NCBI GenBank assembly: GCA_963811325.1
Contig: CAWEQT010000001.1
Span: 1,624,294 to 1,688,293 of the forward strand
Direction of reading: 5' to 3'
Source of the DNA: an uncultured delta proteobacterium
Lineage (GTDB): Bacteria; Desulfobacterota; Syntrophia; Syntrophales; Smithellaceae
DNA length: 64,000 nucleotides
Shown: one piece after another, positions 35,965-45,380 of the stretch
Layout of the letters: the number at the start of each line of letters is the position of its first letter
Position numbering within the stretch: the stretch's first letter is position 1
The notes under the pieces: generated by a model
Told to the model about the DNA's origin: nothing
What the model saw: only the letters and a program-made list of their open reading frames with translations
The model's database searches: none
Translations under genes and position numbers: made by a program

Positions 35965-36025
35965 AACCATAAGAGAGGCAGGCAGAACTTATTCTTCTTG
36001 AGGCATCATGAATAATTTGTTAATT

Positions 36026-36046
36026 AACATCAATCAAAGTGATGTT
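36026..36046. promoter_or_regulatory. inverted repeat upstream of rubrerythrin (candidate operator)
   Basis: AACATCA-N7-TGATGTT, ~37 nt before the ATG. Confidence 0.3.
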
Positions 36047-36082
36047 GATTAACTTAATAAAAATAAACAAAGGAGAAGAATC

Positions 36083-36580
36083 ATGTCTAAATCAGAAGAC
36101 GCTTTGAAAGATGCTTTTGCCGGAGAATCACAGGCAAACCGTAAATATCTGGCCTTTGCCGCTAAAGCAGATCAGGAGGGATTTTCGCAGACGGCAAGGT
36201 TGTTTCGGGCGGCTGCGGGAGCCGAAACGGTTCACGCCCACGTCCACTTGCGGGCATTGAAAGGAATCAAATCCACAAAGGAAAACCTGCAAGAAGCGAT
36301 AGCCGGAGAAACTCATGAGTTCAAAAGCATGTATCCGGCAATGATTGAAACGGCTAAAAACGAAGGGAATAAAGAGGCCCAACGATCTTTTACTTTTGCC
36401 AACGAAGTGGAGAAAATTCATGCCGGACTTTATCAGCAGATGCTTGATAATCTGGAAGGCTCGAAAGAATCTTATAGCTATTACGTTTGCCCCGTGTGCG
36501 GCTATACTTCAGAAAAAGAAGCACCGGAAACTTGTCCGATATGCGGCGCTAAGGGGAAGATGTTTAAAAAAGTTGATTGA
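36083..36580 (+). CDS. rubrerythrin
   Basis: Ferritin-like diiron domain (ESQANRKY, ETVHA, ETHE, EKIH) plus a C-terminal rubredoxin-like CPVCG...CPICG. Confidence 0.9.
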   Translation: MSKSEDALKDAFAGESQANRKYLAFAAKADQEGFSQTARLFRAAAGAETVHAHVHLRALKGIKSTKENLQEAIAGETHEFKSMYPAMIETAKNEGNKEAQRSFTFANEVEKIHAGLYQQMLDNLEGSKESYSYYVCPVCGYTSEKEAPETCPICGAKGKMFKKVD

Positions 36581-36598
36581 TATCAAGCAGCATTCAAT

Positions 36599-36765
36599 GG
36601 CTAACTTTGTTGGCTGCATCGTCGACGTCCTCAGCGTATTAGAATACGAGAGTGTATCCCCAAAGGGGGACACACTATAAATAGATCATTTCCATACCGG
36701 TGAGCTACGCCATAATGGCGCGGCTCACATACGTCTGCGGAGCTTCCTCTTTGCCGCCTCGTTAT
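36599..36765 (-). repeat. family 1 intergenic repeat, copy C3 (long form; arms in reverse orientation, internal two-hairpin module in + orientation)
   Basis: The + strand reads rc(right arm) GGCTAACTTTGTTGGCTGCATCGTCGACGTCCTCAGCGT, the internal module (GTGTATCCCC-AAA-GGGGGACAC; GTGAGCTACGCC-ATAA-TGGCGCGGCTCAC), then rc(left arm) CGTCTGCGGAGCTTCCTCTTTGCCGCCTCGTTAT. Confidence 0.7.
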
Positions 36766-36901
36766 TCATTAAATGCTTCTCGATATATAAATATATCAAC
36801 ACAGTCATATCGGCTCGGCAAACTCCGGCCGGTGCAGTACGGGTCTTCTGACCCTTTAAACCGGCGAACCTAAAGGTTCGTACTACAATTAAGGCTTAAT
36901 A

Positions 36902-38518
36902 GTGAAAGAAATACTAATTATTATCAGCGGCGTCGTTTTATTTTTGGTCGGCATGGTCAATCTCGCTGCTGCCGTCCGTAAAATAATTGATGTCCGCATA
37001 AAAGAATACATTAAATATGCTGTGGAAAAACCATTTTACGGACTTTTCACCGGTATAATTTCGACTATTATTTTGCAAAGCTCTTCCGCTTCCACAGCTC
37101 TCACCGTCGGATTGGTAAGCGCGGGATTGATCAGCTTTTACAGTTCCCTGGCTATTATCCTGGGCGCCGATATCGGCACTACTTTGACTGTGCAATTTGT
37201 TGTTTGGCATTTTACGGAAATTTCGCCTCTTTTTATTTCCATAGGAGGGCTTTTATGGTTAATTGATCGAAGCAAGTGGAAAATCGCCGGCCAGATAATT
37301 TTTTACTTTGGCTTGATATTCTTTGGTTTGGGATTAATCAGTCAGGCAATAGAGCCTTTAAAGAATTCTCCGGCTTTTCTGAACTTGTTCAGGCAGACTC
37401 AAAATCCATTATTAGGCATTGGTCTGGGCATTGCGGTCACCGCAATCATTCATGCTTCGGCTATACCTATCAGCATTATGGCTCTTTTAGCACAGCAGGA
37501 TTTAATTTCACTGGATAATGCGCTGCCCGTGATTATGGGTGCCAATATTGGCACAACTGTCACAGCGCTGCTGGCCGGAACGGTGGCAACGGTAAGCGGT
37601 AAAAGAAGCGCCCTCTCCCACTTGATCTTCAAGTGCATTGGCGTTTCTCTATGCTTTCTTTTTATGCCGTATTTTCTGGTCATCTTGAGAAGCCTATCTT
37701 CGAGCGTTGCTCAGCAAATTGTACTGGGGCACTTTTTAATTAATCTTTTTATTGTGGTTATCTTTATTTTTTTCCTGCGTCCATTTGCCAGTTTAATGCA
37801 AAAAGTTCTAAGGGGGGAAGATGAAACCTTGCCTATCTGGCCGGAATATCTTGATCGTAAGTATTTATCCAACTCGGGGAAAGCGCTTGATAATGTGCAA
37901 AAGGAACTGCAGAGAGAAATTAATCTTACGCTGAAAATGTTTTTAAGTTCTGTAAATTTAATTAACTGCTCCCAGCCGGGCAAGAAAAGAGACATTTCTT
38001 ATATCGAGATGGTCGTTAATAATTTATACGCTCAAATAGTTAAGTTCTTATGGAGAGTAACGGCCAAACATACTTCGACTCAACTTTCGAAAAAGGTTTT
38101 TGCTTTTACGGCAATAGCCGGAGATATTGAAAGCATCGGCAATCATATAGTGTGGATAGCCAAGTTAGCCGCACAAAAAGACGAGGGGAAAATCAAGTTT
38201 ACCGAAAGTGGCATGAAAGAATTACAGGAAATAATCACTTTGGTTAGACATAATCTTGACGATGCCATGTCTCTGGTCGAAGCTCCTCATAACGAAAAAA
38301 TAAGCGCTCTTATCCGGCGGGAGGAAGATATAGATGTTAAAGTAAAGGAAGCGCGAAATAAACATCTCAAAAGATTTCATAACCGTCTTTGCAGCACCGA
38401 GGCGGGAATTATTTTTGTCGAGATGCTCATCCATCTGGAACGCATTTCCGATCATTGCACAAACATTGCCGAATATGTTTCAGATATTAAGGAAAAGAAT
38501 TTGCCTCATATAGATTAA
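36902..38518 (+). CDS. Na/Pi cotransporter family protein with C-terminal PhoU-like domain
   Basis: ~9 TM helices with duplicated QSSSAST / GANIGTT(V/L)TA motifs. Soluble C-terminal helical domain ending in ...LERISDHCTNIAE. GTG start. Confidence 0.85.
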   Translation: MKEILIIISGVVLFLVGMVNLAAAVRKIIDVRIKEYIKYAVEKPFYGLFTGIISTIILQSSSASTALTVGLVSAGLISFYSSLAIILGADIGTTLTVQFVVWHFTEISPLFISIGGLLWLIDRSKWKIAGQIIFYFGLIFFGLGLISQAIEPLKNSPAFLNLFRQTQNPLLGIGLGIAVTAIIHASAIPISIMALLAQQDLISLDNALPVIMGANIGTTVTALLAGTVATVSGKRSALSHLIFKCIGVSLCFLFMPYFLVILRSLSSSVAQQIVLGHFLINLFIVVIFIFFLRPFASLMQKVLRGEDETLPIWPEYLDRKYLSNSGKALDNVQKELQREINLTLKMFLSSVNLINCSQPGKKRDISYIEMVVNNLYAQIVKFLWRVTAKHTSTQLSKKVFAFTAIAGDIESIGNHIVWIAKLAAQKDEGKIKFTESGMKELQEIITLVRHNLDDAMSLVEAPHNEKISALIRREEDIDVKVKEARNKHLKRFHNRLCSTEAGIIFVEMLIHLERISDHCTNIAEYVSDIKEKNLPHID

Positions 38519-38644
38519 GTGACGCTGCATATGCAAAATCAGCATTATTTTGTTCGTGTTACTTAGAAATACGTGTTGAACTAATCAAAAATATCCACTA
38601 TAATCAATATTAGATTAATTTTATTTATTTATATCGAGTTGTAC

Positions 38645-38736
38645 TCAAAGGATAACGAGGCGGCGAGGAAGAGGCGACGCAGTCGTATACCATTTTATAC
38701 GTCGAGGAGCCGATGACGATGCCAACAAAGTTAGCC
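38645..38736 (+). repeat. family 1 intergenic repeat, copy C4 (short form)
   Basis: TCAAAGGATAACGAGGCGGCGAGGAAGAGGCGACGCAGTCGTATACC-ATTTT-ATACGTCGAGGAGCCGATGACGATGCCAACAAAGTTAGCC. Ends ~50 nt before the ATG at 38788. Confidence 0.7.
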
Positions 38737-38787
38737 AGAGAGGACAACTTGGTATTACTTGAACATCCGAGTAAGGGAGGGATCAAG

Positions 38788-39306
38788 ATGAATAAAAGAT
38801 TGAACGCCTTGAAATTTGCTTTAGAAAACGAACAGAAAGAAAGAGATTTCTATCTGGCTAATGCGCGTAGAACAAAGAATTTAGCCGGTAAAAACATGTT
38901 CAAACAAATTGCCGAAGAAGAAAAAGAACATTATGAAGTTTTAAAAAAATTGTATGACCAATGGGAAATGAAAAGAAAGTGGCCGGCGACAGTTCCGTTG
39001 AAAGTAAGAAAATCTTTGGCTGGCAGCATTTTAAAATCTATGCCGAATAAAAAATCTGCCCGTTTCAAAGGCAATGAAGACGATTTGAAAGCGATTCGCA
39101 CGGCGATTGATTTCGAAGCAAGGGGCATGGCGCTTTATACTAAGCTGGAAAAGGAAAGTACCGATCCTAAAGAAGAAAAATTTTTTAATTTAATTGCCAG
39201 TATTGAACGGGAACATTTTCTTTCCCTGCGTGAAACAGAATTATTCCTGACCGATCCGGCCACCTGGTACCAGAATATGGAAAAGCCAATGCTGGATGGG
39301 GCTTGA
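38788..39306 (+). CDS. ferritin-like / rubrerythrin-family protein (no rubredoxin domain)
   Basis: ALENEQKERDFY...EEEKEHY and AIDFEARGMALY...IEREH paired E/ExxH motifs. Start at MNKRL after AAGGGAGGG; the longer ORF start at 38713 lies inside repeat C4. Confidence 0.8.
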   Translation: MNKRLNALKFALENEQKERDFYLANARRTKNLAGKNMFKQIAEEEKEHYEVLKKLYDQWEMKRKWPATVPLKVRKSLAGSILKSMPNKKSARFKGNEDDLKAIRTAIDFEARGMALYTKLEKESTDPKEEKFFNLIASIEREHFLSLRETELFLTDPATWYQNMEKPMLDGA

Positions 39307-39355
39307 TATAGAGCATCCTACCAATTCGTTTTTAAGCGAATTGGTATCCGTGCTG

Positions 39356-41311
39356 TCAAGTATTCGTTACCTTTAGCTCCTCCAGTTTTGCATGCAGTTC
39401 CGTCCAGATTTTATAGGAATTCTCCAATTCCGCGTTAATTTTTTTCAAATCCAGATTAATGGTTTTAATTTTAACTGAATCCCTGTGTGTTTGCGGATCA
39501 CACAATGCCGTTTCATGCACGGATTTTTCCGCTTCCAGCAATGATATCTTTTTCTCCACTGCTGAAAGATCTTTTTCCAACGCGGCCATGACTTTATAAG
39601 TTTTATTTCTTTCCTCTGCTTCAAGACGTTTTTTTTCTTTGGTTTTAAACGCCTGATCCCTAGGCAATGGCTGCGAAGTTTTTTCATTTCCGGCTGGAAT
39701 GACTGCCTGGCTCCGTTTTTCTATAAAATATGTGTAATTGCCATGGTACTCGTTGATTGTTCCATCTTTCAATTCAAATACTTTATTGACGAGATTATCC
39801 AGAAAATAGCGGTCATGCGAAACGATGGCTACAGTGCCGTGATAATTGATCAGCGCGTTTTGAAATATATCTTTGGTCTTGAGATCAAGATGATTGGTCG
39901 GTTCATCAAGTATGAGAAAATTTGTGTCGAGAAGCATAATTTTCAAAAGAGCAAGGCGTGATTTTTCACCACCGGAGAGTACGGATATCGATTTGAAAAT
40001 ATCATCTCCCGAAAACAAAAAAGCGCCCAGCAGATTGCGTTTTTCCTGATCAGACGCATGCGTCGGCACGGAATCTATTTCTTCCCTGATTGTATTTTCG
40101 TAATTTAAATTTTGCAAACTTTCCTGAGAAAAGAATGCCATATTCACGCCATCGCCATATTTTACTGATCCACGAGAAGGTTGTTCCGACAAACTCAGCA
40201 GGCGGGATAAAGTTGATTTGCCGGAGCCGTTAATACCGACAAAAGCCACCTTGTCACCGCGAAACAAAGTAAAATTCAAATCGTTAAACACATTTAAGCT
40301 GCCATAACTATGCCCAAGATCAATTGTTTTAACTACTTCTTTCGCGCTTTTTTTGCCTTCAGGAAATTTCATGGTGACACTTTTATTTTTTGCTTCAAGC
40401 GTTACCGCGGAAAATTTTTCCAGCATCTTGATGCGGCTCTGAACCTGAGCGGCTTTGGTTGCTTTGTAACGGAATCGTTCCACAAACTCTTCAATTTTTT
40501 TAATTTGCGCCTTTTGCAACTCCATCTCTTTTTTCAAAGCAGCATAACGTATTTCTTTCTGGATTAAATAGTGAGAATAGTTGCCTTTGTAAATATGAAT
40601 ATGGCAGGCGGAAAGCTCAGCAATTTGCAGGGCTATTTTGTCAAGAAAGAACCTGTCATGAGATATAACTATAATTGTTCCCGGATAGTCTTTAAGATAA
40701 GACTCCAGCCACTCCATGCTTTCCGTATCCAGATGATTTGTCGGTTCATCCAAAAGCATGATATCCGACTTTGCCAAAAGAATCGATGTAAGCAAAATAC
40801 GCATTTTCCAGCCGCCGGAAAACAATGCACAGTCTCTTGCAAAATCATCTTCTTTAAAACCAAAACCTTTAAGCACCTGTTTTGCTCTGGCTTCAAAAGC
40901 ATAGCCGTCCATGGCGCTAAAGTGAGCCAGGGCATCGGAATATTGTTCGGAAAGTTTGCTGTATTCAGATGTATTTTGTTTGACCTGGGATATTTTGTGT
41001 TCCAGCTCTTTTATGAATTCTTCCAGAGCGGCAATACCGCTTTTCTGCTTTAGAAACTCAATTAGATTGACAGATTCCAGCTCCACCAAATCCTGCGGCA
41101 GATAACCGATGGTCTTGTGTTTTCTGTTGGGAATCTCGATAATGCCGGAATCAAGATGAACTTGATCCAGTATTGCGCGAAACAGTGTTGTTTTGCCAGT
41201 GCCGTTTTCGCCAACCAGGCCGATACGGCTTCTGGGATGAATTGTCCAGTTGATGTTGTCGAACAGTTTTTTATCTAAGAAAGAAAGATTAACGTTTCGG
41301 AAATAGATCAA
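39356..41311 (-). CDS. ABC-F family ATPase (Uup/EttA-like translation factor type)
   Basis: Two cassettes (GENGTGKTT / GINGSGKST; LSGG x2; LLDEPTNHLD x2), an inter-domain linker and a C-terminal coiled coil. The likely start is TTG at 41311 (MIYFRNVNLSF), 7 nt after GGAGGG; the ORF opens at 41344. Confidence 0.9.
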   Translation of the reverse strand: MIYFRNVNLSFLDKKLFDNINWTIHPRSRIGLVGENGTGKTTLFRAILDQVHLDSGIIEIPNRKHKTIGYLPQDLVELESVNLIEFLKQKSGIAALEEFIKELEHKISQVKQNTSEYSKLSEQYSDALAHFSAMDGYAFEARAKQVLKGFGFKEDDFARDCALFSGGWKMRILLTSILLAKSDIMLLDEPTNHLDTESMEWLESYLKDYPGTIIVISHDRFFLDKIALQIAELSACHIHIYKGNYSHYLIQKEIRYAALKKEMELQKAQIKKIEEFVERFRYKATKAAQVQSRIKMLEKFSAVTLEAKNKSVTMKFPEGKKSAKEVVKTIDLGHSYGSLNVFNDLNFTLFRGDKVAFVGINGSGKSTLSRLLSLSEQPSRGSVKYGDGVNMAFFSQESLQNLNYENTIREEIDSVPTHASDQEKRNLLGAFLFSGDDIFKSISVLSGGEKSRLALLKIMLLDTNFLILDEPTNHLDLKTKDIFQNALINYHGTVAIVSHDRYFLDNLVNKVFELKDGTINEYHGNYTYFIEKRSQAVIPAGNEKTSQPLPRDQAFKTKEKKRLEAEERNKTYKVMAALEKDLSAVEKKISLLEAEKSVHETALCDPQTHRDSVKIKTINLDLKKINAELENSYKIWTELHAKLEELKVTNT

Positions 41312-41559
41312 TAACCAACCCTCCAATAATTTATATACTGGCAAATTTATTTTAATACCACAAGAGCAATAATTAATAAAGGATAAGCGGTGGGTACAGT
41401 GGTATGCAGGCAGAGCGCAGATATCATCACTTCATCTGCTACTGTTTGGTGAAAAGCAATCATTAAATAGGCAAGCTGTTGTGCGCCCCTGAATTCAGAT
41501 GTCCTGTCCTATGCTTGACCTTATAGACAACGTCCAATTAAGTTTTGTGCCGGTAATTG

Positions 41560-43140
41560 ACTACACCTACCTAGCTTCAGTATCGGGCAGTCGTCCGAGT
41601 TGAGTCAACTATCATGAATTTACCTCTGGGCAAAAAGTAGTTCGATGTGTCAGCATAGCATAGATGACACGAATTAACTTATGAGCCGTAGCAAGCACAG
41701 CCTTCTTATGGGGCAATCCCTCCTTTCTTCGCTTTTGATAATAGGTTTTAAAAATATCGGTGTATTGGATTACGCGGGTTGTCATCGTCCAGATGATCTT
41801 TCGTAAATGACGATTCCCGCGTTTTGTTATTCTGCCCCTGCCTTCATGTTTGCCGGATTGGTAAACAGCCGGATCCAATCCGGCCAGGGCAATGATTTTA
41901 CCGGAACGTTCAAACTGATGGAGGTCACCACCCATCTCCATGAGAAAATTCACGGCCGTCGTGTCTCCAATCCCTTTTATAGAGGTCATGATATTGATGT
42001 CATCTTCCATCAGTTTACGGCTTATCTCTATCAGCATGCCCGTTATCTCCTGAAGGGAATCCTCCATATGGAGAAGCAAATCTGCCTTCTGCTTTAGAAT
42101 CATTTCCTTGACAGAACTGCTTGTGCCGATGGATTTCTGTGCTGCCTTGACTAACCCCGCAGCAAAGGCTTCCCCTTTATGTCCATAGGAATCGGAAATC
42201 AACATCTCAGATATCCGGCCAATGTCCGCATCTCTGAGTGCGGCAGCTGAAGGATATTGACGTATTAACTTCAACATGGACTTCGCAAATACCGGCGTCA
42301 TATGTTCCAGTTCCGGAAAAATGATATTCAGGAGCCTTTTGATGTTTATCTTCAATGCCGTCATCTCGGCAATCAGACTCTCCCGCTGACGGGAAAGATC
42401 GCAAAGATCGGCAAGGGAAGATGAACTTATCCGTTGCATCAGTGAATGCCCATTAGCAAGCAAAAATAGGGCAATTAAGGCAGCATCCTTCTTGTCTGTT
42501 TTGGTCTTCCTCAACGGCATCTTTACATAATTGGATATCAGCAATGGATTGATGAGAATAACATCAAAACCTTCAGAAACCAGATAAGAAAAAAGATTAA
42601 CATGATAAGTCGCCGTCGATTCCATCCCGATTAAAATAGATGAATTCAAACCGACAAGATGCTTCTTCAGTTTCTCAAAACCTTTGCGGTCCATCGCCAT
42701 GGAAATCTGAAAATGCCTGGTCTCATCTTTCCTTGTCCCACAGGCATCAAATTTATCTTTAGAAATATCTATACCAACAAAATAATCAAAATCACCTCTT
42801 GTTTCCAACATAACTTAACCTCCTGACTCATGTGGGAAAAAACAGGTATTATTGCCTCCTGACCAATCCTCCATCGTGACAAGGATTCTATGATCCAACC
42901 AACCTATTATGGCTCAAAGAGGCTTGGGACAAACTCAATTAAGGGCTCTATCGCCCAGGATTACCGAAGTCCTCCTGCCTTTCCATGTTTTATTACTATA
43001 TTAACGTTAGCTACAACTCTAATACTTATTATACATTATTTTACGCTAATTCATGGTAGGAGGATTACGGATGGAAAGGTGCACCATAAAAAACTACTCT
43101 CTTACAGCCGTTCTGATAAGGGAGTAGTTGCAATGACCTG
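41560..43140 (-). mobile_element. IS110-family insertion sequence (ends not resolved)
   Basis: A complete transposase gene is flanked by 267 bp (3' side) and 372 bp (5' side) of non-coding DNA between two unrelated genes. No terminal inverted repeats were seen, as is usual for IS110. The boundaries given are placeholders. Confidence 0.4.
41612..42811 (-). CDS. IS110-family transposase (DEDD recombinase), intact
   Basis: N-terminal FVGIDISKDKFDAC...GMESTATYH and C-terminal IKGIGDTTAVNFLMEMG....F.....IIALAGLDPAVYQSGK......ITKRGNRHLRK. SD GGAGGT. Confidence 0.9.
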   Translation of the reverse strand: MLETRGDFDYFVGIDISKDKFDACGTRKDETRHFQISMAMDRKGFEKLKKHLVGLNSSILIGMESTATYHVNLFSYLVSEGFDVILINPLLISNYVKMPLRKTKTDKKDAALIALFLLANGHSLMQRISSSSLADLCDLSRQRESLIAEMTALKINIKRLLNIIFPELEHMTPVFAKSMLKLIRQYPSAAALRDADIGRISEMLISDSYGHKGEAFAAGLVKAAQKSIGTSSSVKEMILKQKADLLLHMEDSLQEITGMLIEISRKLMEDDINIMTSIKGIGDTTAVNFLMEMGGDLHQFERSGKIIALAGLDPAVYQSGKHEGRGRITKRGNRHLRKIIWTMTTRVIQYTDIFKTYYQKRRKEGLPHKKAVLATAHKLIRVIYAMLTHRTTFCPEVNS

Positions 43141-43183
43141 ACTAAACAGATTAAATTTTGATGCCCTTAATAAAATCTATATA

Positions 43184-44074
43184 TTATGTTGCCGTTTCCT
43201 GCGGTTTTTCCATCATGGGAACATGGCCACCATCCTTGATGATTACCGTTTTGTGATTTATTAGTCCCTTTTCAAAAACAGGTACGCTTGAAACATCAAT
43301 GACTTTATCCTGATCGCCCCAAAGGATTAAAGTTGGTGCTTTTATTTTCGGCAGGTCTTTTTCGAGAGAGTACAAATCAGGAGCGAATTCTTTGCGTTCT
43401 TTTTCATAAAACTGGCGATTGGCTAAAGCAGTTTTGATCATTACTTTTTTAATCGGATAAGGTAAACTTGGTTCTTTAAAACAAACGAGTGCCACCCAGC
43501 GTGGCACATCGTTGCTGTCTTTTAATAAAAGCGGATTTTCGCCTTTTTCTGCCATTTTAAATACTAAACTTTTTTCCGAGGACGTAACCCCTGCGGCGTC
43601 AAAAAGTCCCACGCTGATAATTTCATCAGGATAGCGCACGGCATAAGTTCCTGCAAATAAACCGCCCATGGAATTACCGGCGATATGAAATTTTTTCAAC
43701 TCAAGTGCCTGGACGAATTTATGCAAACGCGACATTTGATTGGATAAGTCGTGGGAGTCCTTCTCGATCATTGAGCTTTCTCCATAGCCAGGGATATCGG
43801 GGATCACCACATGGTAATTCTTAGTTAAATAGGGGGCTAGCATTATCCAGTTGTCTTTGCTTCCAGTATAACCGTGTAATAATAAAATTGTAGGTCCCTT
43901 GCCCCCATCAAGATAAACAATATTATGGTCATCGATCTTGATTTCTTTTTTGGTCAGACCAGCCTTGCTTCTGGCTGCATCCATCACATAACCGGCTACT
44001 TTTTCCGGAAAAGCATAATAACAGGCCACTAACGCAACGATAATAACTAATACAGCAATTAAAAAATTTTTCAT
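43184..44074 (-). CDS. membrane-anchored alpha/beta hydrolase
   Basis: N-terminal TM helix, oxyanion LLLHGY, nucleophile elbow GNSMGG. Start at MKNFLIAV after GAGGAGGG. The 27 upstream in-frame codons belong to an IS3 orfA remnant. Confidence 0.8.
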   Translation of the reverse strand: MKNFLIAVLVIIVALVACYYAFPEKVAGYVMDAARSKAGLTKKEIKIDDHNIVYLDGGKGPTILLLHGYTGSKDNWIMLAPYLTKNYHVVIPDIPGYGESSMIEKDSHDLSNQMSRLHKFVQALELKKFHIAGNSMGGLFAGTYAVRYPDEIISVGLFDAAGVTSSEKSLVFKMAEKGENPLLLKDSNDVPRWVALVCFKEPSLPYPIKKVMIKTALANRQFYEKERKEFAPDLYSLEKDLPKIKAPTLILWGDQDKVIDVSSVPVFEKGLINHKTVIIKDGGHVPMMEKPQETAT

Positions 44075-44247
44075 TTTTCCCTCCTCATTCATCAATCGTA
44101 CAGCTTCTATCTTGAACTCCTTGTCAAAATACCGATGCCCTTCTCTCTTTGCCATTACACACCTCCTTGTTCTTTTTTATAATTGAAACTCTTCGGTGTG
44201 TCCACTAAATCGGGGAAAGACCAGGCTGAAAGGTTCTATTTAAGTCA
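44075..44247 (-). mobile_element. IS3-family left-end remnant (IRL region plus the first 27 codons of orfA)
   Basis: MAKREGHRYFDKEFKIEAVRLMNEEG is a typical IS3 OrfA N-terminus with its own SD (AGGAGGTGTG). It is truncated exactly at the hydrolase start. The outer boundary is approximate. Confidence 0.55.
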
Positions 44248-44888
44248 GGATTGATGATTTGAGGAGGAAGCAAGAAATAAAAATTTGATAACCGGACCGT
44301 CAGAATTATTTCTTACACCTCCTAAGAAACAAGAATACGAAGTTATGCAATTTCAGGAAGTTAGATTGCTACTGCTTCTGAACGTCTCCTCGCAATTACA
44401 CTATGTGTTTCTTTCATCAATAACCCGTTTGATGAACTGGTTAAAATGCTACAAACAAATGGTTTTATAAAAAAAGAAATTTGAGGATTACGATTAGAAA
44501 TGGCCAATAAAAATTGATTAGATTACTTTATTATTCTTAAAATCATTCATTGCTTTGTCCACAACACGGTGGACATCATCAATACATCATGTCCCTTTAG
44601 GATTCTTTACAGCGCACTGGCAAGTTCCTTGTTTTCTTGCCAAGGTAATCCTGTCTAACAATGGAGACTGACCATTGTTTTGAAATATTTCATTTCTTAT
44701 ATCCATTTCAGTGTATTGAAAACAGTAACAGATCATAACGCACCCAATTTCTTTTATTGCCCTGGCACTAAGCTGCAAGTAACAAAACACTCGTCAGCTT
44801 AAATGGCTTTTTATGCGGCAGGATCTTTACGCTCACCTTTGAGGCGCTTCACGCTATGTTCCACCCTATCCAAGGGTGTCCAGATCGG

Positions 44889-45167
44889 TCATATGCAATG
44901 AACCTGCTTTTTTTTGGAGAGAAACAGGTTGGGAATCGCTGTGATTTCGCATCCAGGATTCCGCACGATTGCCCCAATAATAAGGGAAGCACCCAAGATC
45001 ACCAAGACAGCTACGCCTATCAGTGTCAACGTGTCCACGCCGATGCCCCAAATCAAAATGAAGCAACCGATACCACAAAGTATCCGCATGACTCGTCCAA
45101 CAAACAACGGCTCAAGCGTTGCCAAAAATCGTTTCTCTGGTCTTGTCATTTGTATATTCCTGTCCAT
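44889..45167 (-). CDS. hypothetical small membrane protein (two TM helices)
   Basis: ILCGIGCFILIWGIGV and LIGVAVLVILGASLIIGAIV. Preferred over two overlapping plus-strand ORFs with no protein-like features. Confidence 0.4.
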   Translation of the reverse strand: MDRNIQMTRPEKRFLATLEPLFVGRVMRILCGIGCFILIWGIGVDTLTLIGVAVLVILGASLIIGAIVRNPGCEITAIPNLFLSKKKQVHCI

Positions 45168-45380
45168 TTGATTTTTTTATAAGAACTTCCTTTTTGTAGG
45201 GGAAGAATAATAAATCCGGTCTTGTATGTCAAGACAATTTTGTGGCGTAAACGCTGTTTATTACGGATTGAAATCTAGCATTTTAGTCACGATTAACGAT
45301 TTGTTGACTTCAGGAAGTTATCGATTGTCTTGACACTCATTGCAAGATCAGGTTTTGTTCATGGCAATTTAAGGTTATGA

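Noticed and set aside
42890-43141. 83-aa ORF in the IS110 5' flank
   Set aside because: It has no SD, a hydrophobic low-complexity translation, and the opposite strand to the transposase. The region is treated as non-coding (candidate RNA locus).
43184-44155. Full 323-aa ORF as a genuine transposase-hydrolase fusion protein
   Set aside because: The first 27 codons are an IS3 orfA N-terminal remnant. A strong SD and ATG precede the hydrolase TM anchor at 44074. The fusion reading is possible but less likely than the internal start.
44587-44790. 67-aa Cys-containing minus-strand ORF between the IS3 remnant and the small membrane protein
   Set aside because: It has no SD and no motif, with several alternative starts. 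The support is insufficient to call a gene.
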